This document shows, piece after piece, positions 51,981 through 64,000 of a stretch of 64,000 nucleotides of DNA; position 1 is the stretch's first letter, and each line of letters starts with the position of its first letter. This DNA is from Ophelia neglecta. Lineage: Eukaryota. Made by a program: the position numbers and the translations under genes. The stretch is from positions 79,608,001 through 79,672,000 of the forward strand of contig OZ260663.1 in assembly GCA_965285935.1 (NCBI GenBank), written 5' to 3'. The notes below the pieces were generated by a model. It was not told the DNA's origin and did not search any database. It saw only the letters and a list, made by a program, of their open reading frames with translations.

Positions 51981-54900
51981 TGCCCCTTCTTCCACTAAAT
52001 TATTTTTCATACAAACAGTTGTGGTCACTAAAAATAATCACAAAAAGGTACTTGTCCGATATTCACTTTAGTGCATGATTGACTTCCTACTTAACATGTT
52101 GTCATCTTATGAAGCATTGCTTGCTATATTAGCAATAGACCAGTTATTCAGTATTCTTTGCTGGCAGAAAGTTGCTTTACCCTGAGCGTAAACAGTGTAA
52201 TGTTGTTTTCATATATATTAAAGAAGACGCGACGACAACCGCATGACTGCCCAAAGAACACTTTACTCTATCACCGACTAGGCCTACCAGTGAAAGCTAT
52301 AAAAGAACCATCACCAGTTTCTGACCCACTAACCACTTCGCGCTGTGTGCGGGCATCTATTTTTGCTTGACACGATAGTCTTTGGGAACGATAGCCGTGG
52401 TTATTATCGGGAACTATGTGGATAAACATATGTGTCCGTGCCATGAACTAATACACACAACTTTTGATATACAGTGGGTGAATAGAAAAATAGTGGGAAT
52501 GAGGTAACTAGCAACAAAGCAATAGGATTTGAGTTTTTAAAGCTAATAGGAGCCACTCTCCCGACATGGATCACGGTAGGTTAAATTATATATTCATCGC
52601 ATGTTGTATGATTAGGGTCGAACTGGTAAAAAGGCTGGATTTGTAAAAAAAACAAAAACAATCAGAGTAGGTATCAACGATCAATTGACATTTCAAGTTG
52701 TCCCGGCATTTGTGGTTAATGATATGTGGCAGAAGTCGCCTGCTACAATGATCATACGGTGGGCAACTCAATAACTAACCGGAATATACAGGAAAACACT
52801 TTTAGGGACCTGGTAGCTTTATATGAACTCAGAGAACACTCTTTCGGTTTAAGTTAGGGAAATTGGAATATATTCCGCCAACTGTCCGATTGTTACTTCT
52901 GCATTCCCTTACTACTCATTTGTATTTGTTGTCTGGGGAGGGTTTTCTGGTAAGCAGTGGCAATATAACTTGAGTGTGGGTGGTATTTGTAACGCTTTGA
53001 CCGAACAGGCAGATATGCTTGGCAATGGGTAGAAAAAATAACTACGGGTCCAATTACTGACTTAACAGTCCTGCAAAGAAAATGGTGTTGTTGATGGTTT
53101 GCATGTGGTCGCTCGGGACATTTTAATTCTCAGATGTTGCTCAGTAAACCTGCAATGTTCAACAAACCTTGACCTCTCATCCGGGCTTTAGTACTTTTTA
53201 AATATTTGTGGTTTGGTCGGTTTAATATAGGATCTACCTGTAGTGTTTGGGGTATTTATTTACCTATGCTAAATTAACATCGTTGATGTGGGTTGCTTTT
53301 ACTTACTAATGACTGTTTGGCGGCTTTTAGTACATCATTTGTTTTGGCTAGACATGTTTATGCTCACGAAATGAAATAATCTATGTAGCCACCCTTTTAT
53401 CATTACTGCCTCCTTATTGCTGTTGCCCGCTTGTAAACATCTTTCAGTTCAGAGATGATTATTTGTATTTTCAACCATTTGCATCTTTCATCATGAAGGT
53501 TTGTTTGTATTCTGGAATCCCTGCACTCGTCAACATTTATGAAGGCGGTGCCTACGAAAACTAACCTTTTCATTGCAGGTACCATTCGTCTTACTTGTCG
53601 TTTGAAGTTATACAAAGTGTGTGGCACTAACAAAATTACCCCCGCTTCCGGTTGTGAACACATTATCAATGATTACTACAACGTGTGTTTTCCTTTTGCT
53701 TCAGTGCTAATGCCTTGCACTCGATCATCGGACACACTCATGCTATTATAAAATATTCTTATATTCATACAGCCGCTGGTAATGCGCCGATGTCGATATA
53801 ATTGCGTCCGTAAAATAATGTTTTTGACAAAATACAACATTTAAATTTGGTTTTGAATGAAAAATATTGGTCGATAGGCCCAACTTTTTTATTGAACAAA
53901 CACAATAAATATGGATATTGTGTTTATTTTATCACTTTTATATTATGTTGGCAGTCAGGCACTGCCAAGTCAATGATTAAGGCATCTAATGAAAATAAAA
54001 TGCTAATATTGAGATACATGTTATACGAGCCAGTTCGGTCTACAGTGTGTGTGCAAATAATGTTAAACTACAGTGCTAAACCTATTCAAGCATGTTATTT
54101 CGTTTTAACAGTGGAAATAACCAAATGATATCACTTAAAAATAAAATTTAGCAAATCCCAATGCAAAATTGTCTTTCGATAATTTCTCATAAATGTATGT
54201 GAGCGTCCACTTTCTAAATCATGTTATTAACTTTGACAAGTCTTCCCATACGGCCAAATGAAAAACAGGACTCTTCTTTGTTTCATTAAGGAACAGAAAA
54301 AGCGTCCAAATAAACTATTGAAAGGAGGAATCAAGGAAAATGAATCTGTTGCTAGGAAAAAGAGAAGCTTCTCCCACTCGTTGATCATACTTGCCATGTA
54401 GCATCGGACGTTTTATTTTGAAGCAATGGCAACTTGTCAATGACAACACAGTCGTTATATATATCTGACCTCAGATCACCCTACACAGAAAGCCAAATGA
54501 TGTATTGGCTGTGGGTCGTGCTATTCACGCATGATAACGAACATATTGTATCAGTGCTTGGCTGAAGAGACAATGAACTTCATCACCAATGCAGACGTAG
54601 AGCAGCTGCAGTTAAATGAACCAATCAGGGTCGGCAAAATAAGCACAACATACGGCGGTAGTCGTGATGTGCCTACGAATACCTTCATGCAGGAGTTAAT
54701 AATGGGGATACATACCCGGCATGTGATGATAAACGCATATCAAACTTATAACAGAACGAGAGTGTAAACATGGCAGACAAAGTAAATGATTAATCACGAA
54801 TAGCTTATTACATCGGCCCGTTACCAAGGACCAGCAGCTTAAACTCTATTACTTCTCCATGTAAATTGCATGTAGACCCTAGTGTTATTTTGACACGCCG

Positions 54901-57900
54901 GGCTAGAAAGAAAAAAAACCTTCTTCAAATTTTCTTAAAAAATTCTTCAACTTCAACCAAATAACCATGGTTACCAACTTGACTTGAAGCTCAAGTATCT
55001 TTTAGAAACTGGCCCCTGGATTCATGAAATGTTCATGTCAATTGAACCTCCCTTCTAGGGGCAAACAGTGTAACCATGGCGAGGGGTTTCACCCATGTTT
55101 ATAATAAGCTCTTAATCCCACAAAATGGACAAGGACATATTGATTGATTGGACATTTTATTTTACTGTTTAGATTTGGAGATGTGTCAGCTCACGGAATT
55201 TAAGCTACTATTACGTATATTAAATGGCAACTATCCCCAGAGCTCATGAGGCATGCCGATATTAAGTGTATTTGTTTATGTATTTATGTCCAACTTCCTA
55301 ATTACAAAGATAACGCTACTTTCAGTTCTGGAACACGGGATTGCCGCTTTTTAAGCTTGCCCTTTGAATATTGCAGGTGCATTTTGACACTAGCTGAGTA
55401 GATTTTCCTTATCACTCAATGACATAGGGTTCTGCATGATTCGTATATATTCCGGTTGTTTTAGCATTTGTGTATTCAGGCTCGCGTGTCATATGAAGAT
55501 TATTACCGTTACTCTTATCAAGCGATATAGACAACAATGGGAAATCATTGTTTGCAGGCACAGTCGCGTCCAATAACCGGTGTCCAATCAGAGATAGTCT
55601 AATGAAGAGAAGTGGGAATGCACACACCCCTCTAACTAGTATTACTCTGGAAAAGTCCATTTCCATCTATTCAATTTCACATGAAAACCTCAGCTGCTGG
55701 CTCACAATATAAATCGCTTGTTCATTGTTTTTAGTAAATTAGCTTACAAGAAAATTAAATCTAATGATAATAAAAGTCATATCACTTTAGCATATCGGGA
55801 TATTGGAGGATGATTCTTTGAGGCAAATGGACGTCTCTTTTGGTATCTCAAACTACGCAAATGCCGGCCCTTGAGATAAAGTGTCACATTTCCTTTGCCC
55901 GGTATGGAGTTTTAAAACGGCATGTCATACACGTATGTGGATTAATGAATAATGCCAATTCCAAGAATCCGGTTTCTTTTTCCTTTCGACTCTGCTGTGT
56001 ATAGCTGTGTATACCTCTAGGCAATATGTTTTGCTAAGCGCCCTGTTCACTGTTTAGCAGGCAGAAATACGTACCATGGCCTAAAGATATTTATCAAGTT
56101 GCTTTGTGTATGTTTAACTTATAAACGTTTGAGAAACAGCCTTTATTCCTGCACATTAACTCTAAAATCAACATAGAAAATTGTCCAGCAACGTCACTGT
56201 AGCGGATTGTGGAATATTGATCATACAATGGTATAATAAGTTAGCGCTAATTTGATACGTGAATTTGTATCAGTGCGTTGATTTCATAAGCAGCCAAACG
56301 TTAAAGTATTAAGTTAACAAGACATGACATTGCAATAATTCATACTTGTATTGCATTTCTTCTTGATAAAATCAGTTAAAGACAACTATAATGCGGAAAT
56401 GTATTTGTTTATAGTTAAAGTTTCTTTTCAGCTTATAAATACAACACGTCACTGAATAAAATTGTGCTATTAGTACCGAACGAACATTTTCAAACCCGTC
56501 TGCAGCTATAACTAACTATTCATTGTTTTACCAATTGTCTTAAAAACGATATGGTAATGCGATTAGCGTGTGATGCAAACACGTATTACTCTCACTTTTA
56601 ACCTTCTTTTTAGAAGGATCACTAAACGTAAACATACATTGTTTCACGTATATGCATAAACCTACTTCCCTGCCCAGGCCAGATTCAACAATGAATTATT
56701 CTCTATCAGTTTCTCCCAATCGATTGCTAATTATAATTGGCAATTGAACCGTCACACAGTTTTGCTCTCATTTCAAAATTGATTTGACCTACGTTATGAA
56801 TAGTATAAGAGAATATCGAATATAAAATGGGAACCTGTGATGAGGAGAGCACTTGAAATTATGGAACGCCGTTTTTTTCAAATAATTGCAAGGCTCTCAG
56901 CTAAGCAGGCACACAATATCGTGTCATTTACAAATGGGCCGGAGCTAACATTGAAATATTTTCCGGTGTTCCGATTGATACGGGAAATTTGCGGCAATAT
57001 CAATACCCGTGGTAATCATGTTCATGCCGCATGCGTGCGTACTTTTGAAGAGATTATCTATGCGTCATTGCTTTGCATTTACGAACTATGAACACAGTTG
57101 TAATCTTCGCTGTTAAATAACCTAGTTATATATTTATGATGCATGTCATAGTCAAAAGGAGAGAAGCGCGCATATCAATAATATAGCTTGAAGGAAAATG
57201 CCACGAAATAACATCCTTGCAATTTTGTTAAGGCATTTGGTTGGACTAATTTACTAAAACAAATTCAAATTGATTCTCAAATATACTTGAAAAGCGACAA
57301 AGCTCCCATTTGGGAAAATGCATACACTGGTGAAATTGTTATCACTATGTGCAGGTAATTCCTTAACTTTAAAGACATATTCATTATGTCAATGACAGTG
57401 AAATAGTATTAAAACAAATAACTCGGAAGAAATGTATACAAATGTTGGCATATAATGTGAGACATTTATCAATGGCCTTTATGCAATCAGGTTGTACAGC
57501 TTGACGACTTGTTTAAATGGTTAGTCATTGGCCCCTAGTTGAGGAATGGAAACACTATATTCATTACAGTTACTACATGAAATATGCCGATAAGTACAAC
57601 CAGGGCATCAGTTGTGCCAGCTGTGACAACCCCCTATATTTAAAATGGGTTTTACAGCAGTGATATGCCATCTTGTTTCTTTTGGTCACGTTTGCCAAAG
57701 CGGTCCTTATTGAATTGCTTCGTTTCAGCCGGAAATTACATCTCCGAATGCACAGCCGCGAGTCTTACGTCTACATTTAATCAATGCCAATATCACTAGC
57801 ATTACACCCTTGTGGCTGCAAATACGTGTCACGCACTGAAGAAGAAGGGATAACATGACAAGCGTTAAGTGAAGTGACTATTTTCAAGATTTAATAAATG

Positions 57901-60900
57901 GACAGTAACTAATGCATTGTTAATATACATATATCGTTTTTTTACTCTACAGCATAACAAAAACTGACATTCAAGTTAAAGTGCTAGAACAATATATATT
58001 CTGCCGCTGGCATTAAAAAATGAAAGCATTGTTTAAATTTATATTGAAAGTATTCTAAAGATTAACTTATTTTAAATATACAATCAAGCTTCTAATGAAG
58101 GTAGTCCGACCTCATGGACTATTTTCGAAAGATCCGTCTTCACTTTATCCGCCGGTTAATCGCCCACTATGTGCACTGCCCTCTTAGCAGTCAGGAAAAG
58201 TTTACTAATAAATGTACGAACATTTATAATATATACATATATATATATTATATAAATATAGGGTATTAAAAAAGACAGTCATGAGTTTAATATCCAAACT
58301 GTTGTGCAGTTGAATAATGCAAGTATAGATTTATATTGTAATATCATCATCATAGTTATTGGAATAAGCACGTAATGAGAAAAACGCGCCCATTATGGCA
58401 CTGGTCACAAACCAAATAATCATCGGGACTTACAGGGATCTTTCTGCTGTATATATCATTCTAAATCGATAGAAACTATCGACTTATTCATGAAGCATGT
58501 CCTCGTCTGACGATGTGTTTGTCCGAAACATTTTACTATTGATTACAATTGAGGTCATGGAGCTAAATACATTCATCGATGGTCTATATTGATTTGATGA
58601 TCATTATGTCAACTCTAGTGTTATATATTGATAAGCCCCATATGATAACATACACAGGATGTGTTGTCCTACGCCTAAGAGATTAGCTTTTATACAAGTG
58701 ATAGTAATTTCAGCCAAATATGTGCCTCCCAGTTAGGTAACAATGAGAAATAATCAACCCAAACAGTGTATTAACCAGCTCTTTGGAACACGGGTCCACT
58801 AAATAGTTTACTATTTAACTATGATTTATGCAATATATGAGTAAAATATAAAAGGAAACAGACAACCCTTCAAGTGCTCCCTTTCTTCCAGTGTGACAGC
58901 ACTCACCGCCCTATGTTCAATGCCTACCCCTAGCACCTCTACCCTCCTACATCACCACATGGCAGGTACCTTCCAAAAGTCGCTCTGCTGTCTCATTCCC
59001 GTCACTTATCTACTTTATTGCTCATCGAAACTCGTCCATCATACACTTTTAAATCACCGACGTCTGTGCAACTACACTTTACTTAAGAGAGTTAAAGAAA
59101 ATGAATTCTTTCATAATAATTCCTGTGTGGAACGGAATCGAGAACTTTGTACTTCACATGAAAAAAGATATTTATCGTAAAATTCAAAGCCCATAAAACA
59201 ACCGTACTTGGGTCAATCTCTAGCAGTGTTATGTGTCGAACGATGGTCTACAAGCAAGCAGCAAGTTCATTGCGTGAATTGCAGTCTTATATAGCCATTT
59301 GTGGTACAGTCAATACTTGAACATGGAAAAGTACTTGCAATACCCATTGATCACATTGACTAGTTGCGCACATGATTTTAAGTCTTGGGGCCTGTATGAC
59401 GTTATGCATCATCAGATTGGAGATAAAAGCATTCGTCCATTTAACGTATGATACGAACAGGGCCACAACGTCATGGAATTCTATAAAAGATGCCTGCTGC
59501 GAAGTTAGTGAATGAATCAGTATTGAGGTAGATCGTTCATTGTCGAAACGGCCACTCTAACAATCCATGTTTCCAATGGATTAGTAGAAGAAGAAGCAGT
59601 AATCATTAACATCAGTGTAATGTGCAATAAAATAATGGGAACAATAAATGTCACCTGAATAAAACAATGCCTATATGGGTTAAGGCGCAAAAAGAATCAA
59701 ATTAGTCGACTAGGCCTACTACAGCATAATTATACGTTGAACCAATTTAAATTAAATATGAATATGAAACAAAACAATAGTGCAAGCTATATTCATAATG
59801 ACAATAATAAATTCAGTGGATTAAAGTGCTTACTTTTGTGTGCATTATTGAAGCAGCTTAGCTTAAATTTTAGGGTAAATGCATTCTAACAAAGGCACAA
59901 TGTTTAAGATCTGGGGATGGGGTCGGGATTAAATAGTAAAGCCCTCCAGTGTACTACTGTTTTTAATACAACGCAGACAATGCTACAGATGCCTCGAAAA
60001 AAAATGCATTTTCCTAGTACAATAATCATAAAATAGTGAGGATAAATGTACTTTCCATTAAGCTTAATTTGCTGAAGCCATATTTAGGGTCGAATAGTTC
60101 CTAATGTGAAGAAAAGCATCAAAATGGTTCAAAACAATTACTTCTTCGGCGAATAGTTTGCGTCTGCTAGGGGTAATGCAGAGCAGACATTCTTTTTCCG
60201 TAATGCAATCTATTGTGTAATATCTCAAAGATGTGCAATGCGAATTAGTATTATGAATGAGGGTCCACCAGAAATGACCCATGGTAGAGACATTGTCGCG
60301 AAATCTTTGCCATGTTCTGTGGTTCGTACTTAAGTGTACGTTTTCACCTTACTTATGGTTCGTGTGAGAATCTTTAATTCTTTTGTACGTTTTACGTTAA
60401 AGATATGTTCCCCATTTTGGGAGAAAGTCGATGTTGCAGTAGACGCAATGAAGTCAGTGGACCATTACAATGATGATTCAATGATGATTTAATTTCATCT
60501 CATAGGTCCTGTGCACCATGTAGTTTATGTACGCATTACTATTACGAATAAGGACACTATTGCCTTATTGCTTCATAGGGCTAACATCTGATTTGTATTT
60601 GAAAGTACTACACATAAAGTACTACAAATCAAATGTTGGTGCTGGGATGTTAAATCCCTGAACAGATATACTACATGAATCACTTTCAATCATATATAAT
60701 TGACATTGAGTCGCCTGAAGTTGGCTTTATCTTAACGTTGGATCTTGCGAAGAAACCGTTCCATAAGATATCTATTAAAGCACTTCTTCAGTAATCTTAA
60801 GCCTGCCAACGGAATGGATTGCGTTAAGAATAAGTCTACGTGGAGTAAAATGAGCATGCCGCCCCTTCAACGTTTCAAGGTTGGACTTATCAATATGCTC

Positions 60901-63900
60901 TGTTTCTCCAGCTAAGTTAAAAATTTTCTTATACTGAGTGATGCGACTTACACTGTGCGTCCGAAAACAAATAACAGAAGAAAATCTGTAACGAAAACAT
61001 ATATACAAAACTTATAATCGAAAAAAGGATGGGAAAAAAATGATACACAACATTCAGATTTAAAAGTAATTTCCACTAGGCTAAACGTTTTATTTGTGCA
61101 CAGGAGTTCGCCAGAAGCAGCGAATTACATATCACCTGTTACGCTCGCGTTGAGAAAATATTCCTATGGGCGACAAATAAAATGAATTCCTACGACACTA
61201 AACGAAAGCCTTTTTGGCTGAGAATTTTTTTAGAACTGTCTTCATTGCGTTAAATGTCACTTTACTATATCAATGTAGACAAGGCATATAAAAGTTATCG
61301 GGATATGCGTTTCTTTATTCAAAATGAGATAGAGTAATCTTCTTTCTCTAAACCAAAATATCTGGAAACTGCACTGGTCTTCAAAATGCCTTTTGTTTAA
61401 AAATATTTGCGCAAGTCCTTTCTGAAGCGATTCTCTGTCGGGTCCCATCGCCTAAACCATTGAGACGAAAAACGTCAGACATGGCAATGTATTGATCTCG
61501 GTTATCGAAATCTAAGAGCTGCCACCATGCTCTGTTTAATACACAAATGATTCCCACACTATGTCTAAAGCAAATAGTAACTATGCAAGAAAGAGCATGT
61601 TCGATTATCTGTCCTAAAGAGGACACAGTCAAGTATTTGGTCCAGCGCGACTACGGAACAAACAAATAGAGAAGCCATTGACATGAATAATGTGGGAATT
61701 GTTTCCCTTTAAATATAATGTCTGGACTAACTGTACTCATTGGCTTTGTGCTAAACCTGTATTTGGGAGGCTTAATAAATCGAATTTTACAATGTTGCGA
61801 ATTAAAATAGTGATACCAGGAGGTATGGTGATTTCCAAATATAATATAAGCTTGCAGGGCAATTTTCTCATGAATAAAATTTAACAGTGTCAGGCTGCTG
61901 ACACGTAATTAGGATGTGTGGTAATGAGTGTTGGGTTATAAAAGCTGAAATACTATTGACACTGTCTGGCACTTATAGGCTATTAATTTTCCTTCATTTG
62001 GATAAAAATGGAAATGGATATGAGAATTTTGACCCTTCCAAGTCGCTTTTAGTGTCAGTGCTTTGATATTCGTCCAGCAACATTTCTGCAAATGACATAC
62101 CACAAGATTGTACCGTTGCCTCAAGTTGAAAATAGTAAAAAAAATATGTTAATTTTTGTATTCCATATTCAGTTATATATATTTGATAACAATTATCCTA
62201 TTAATAGTATTCTAGATTTTTAAATCAATCGATTTGTGTCACTGCATAGCCATCTACATACCATCCTTTATCGTATCTCGGCTCTCACCTCGTCCAATAT
62301 GTACAGTAGTTATTGAATATTTAACAGCGGAAGAAACACGACGATAACTTTGTATTTTATGCCGATGGAGTGTGTTAGCACTGCGATCGCATACATGGCT
62401 GGTCGTTAATGTGTCTTTTTAAACCTACGTCGTTTCCTTTGTATGACATATATTCAATGACTAAGTGACCAAGCCTTGGCTACCATGTAAGATAAATCAA
62501 ACGAAGCACCAGCCATTCACGCTCATAATACTCTTCTAATGTTAATTTATGTTAACACGATTTACGCTGAACGGATGTTTGTGCTCAGATATTTCATTGA
62601 CTAATAATCGTCAAAATGTGTTCATACTCGGATGTTTTCCTTTTTAAGCATACAGCCGATCCTTAACAAGCATAATCTATGTAAAGCCATTTGGTATTAA
62701 TCCTTTTATAAGCGACACACAGTATAACCAAACTTTATTACTTAATAGTTTTTCGTTAACTTTCGCAATTTTATCATATACAACATATGCGTTTAGAAGA
62801 AGTCGCCTATTGGCCACGGTGAGAGTCAGAGCACATATCAGTGTTTCTTGCAGGTTTAATCAAAATTACAATGTAATACCATTATATTAAAGTGAACAAA
62901 GAAGAAGGCAAACAGACCTAGGGAAGAAACGTCATCAGCCCCATGCAAGGAGCTTGGCATAAGTAATGCTTCAGCATTCAACCGATCATCCACCTCAGGC
63001 AATTGATTATCATTGTGAACGAGGTGTGTGTAAACACCTGCCTACCCATTGGCCTAAAAGCATTTGATAAGGCCTGATCTTCTGAACTTAGTGTAGTAGG
63101 GGGAGGGGGGTATTCAACTGCTTCTTGCTGCAGTGCAAACATTGGTCACTGGTGTATTATGAAAAAAAAACTTTACTATCCAAAGTTACGAGGATGATAT
63201 TAAGATATTAAGCTACTCCTGCAATGGATTCAAACAGGCAGGAGACGATTGCCATATGTCGCTATTTTGGTATTTGGCGAGGGCTGGCATTTTGACTCCG
63301 AACGGAATGATCTATCTGTAATGTACCACCAATCGTATAAATGTCGATGCTTTGGTGCAAAGAATACAAGATTCAGTTTTACTTCTATTCAACTTAAGCA
63401 TGTTATATTCCACCCTCACCCAGCGACAGATGTCAACAGGCTGATTTTAGGCGTCAAATTATGTAAAATAAATTAAAAAGCCACATATGCATGCAGGAAA
63501 TCGCTCAACATTGGCCCGGATGGCATAGCGGGATGATATTGACATGATCTTGCGCCTGCACCTTGTGTAAGATCGTATGTCCATACCATTATGTTCAGTA
63601 GATAGAAATATTGTCCATACATTGGTCATATGTTATATTATCAAGGCCCTTCACCAAGACAGCAAAAGCATAAAAAATATGGTTTGCAAGAAATATTTAG
63701 GTCTTGGGTTCAACAATGTTCTGCCACAACCCTTCCCCCATTTGCCCCATACATTGACACAGGGCTTGGTAATATAATAGAATTTGACATTCGTTCACGA
63801 GCCCGCAGTTGACGGTTAATTCTCAATTAGTATGAATGCGTTTGCAAATATACATTTTTTGCTGATTTTGTTTCGTCAGCTGCATATCCATTAAATGTTT

Positions 63901-64000
63901 GCTTATTGCTTTGGTAGCGCATGATACTTCCAAGTAATATACACTGCAATATTTACCGCGCGTTTCATGATGTCACGTGATCATGAAATGGTAAAACGCG

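Noticed and set aside
53403-53669. NVDEC motif suggesting a calcium-binding EGF domain
   Set aside because: The remaining five-Cys spacing is absent.
53545-54695. Shared GTGCCTACGAA...CCTT..GCAGG at ~53548 and ~54669
   Set aside because: Too short, and the flanks do not align; compatible with chance in 64 kb.
58507-58535. Hammerhead-ribozyme-like CTGACGA...CGAAAC (Penelope-type)
   Set aside because: Stem II barely pairs and no convincing stems I and III were found; at most a dead relic.

Overview
AT-rich eukaryotic genomic DNA, probably from a marine invertebrate such as a lophotrochozoan (inferred from the repeat types). Only one protein-coding gene is recognisable: a spliced minus-strand ninjurin-family gene (CDS 4135-4082 joined to 3968-2988, 344 aa). 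Its two transmembrane helices are separated by about 208 aa instead of the ~12 aa loop of human NINJ1. This insert holds Cys clusters, a polybasic patch and a coiled-coil hairpin, and the amphipathic alpha1 helix is diverged. The ~59 kb upstream has no recognisable host coding exon. It contains an old, collinear, non-coding tandem duplication (copy A ~8.6-16.7 kb, copy B ~17.3-32.0 kb) with short, highly conserved motif-rich cores. Copy A also carries a degraded L2 LINE interrupted by an intact tRNA-derived SINE, and a 191-bp intron+exon-like fragment flanked by an 8-bp direct repeat. Other LINE, MITE and SINE relics and simple repeats are scattered through the window. All alignments were done by eye and no database searches were run.
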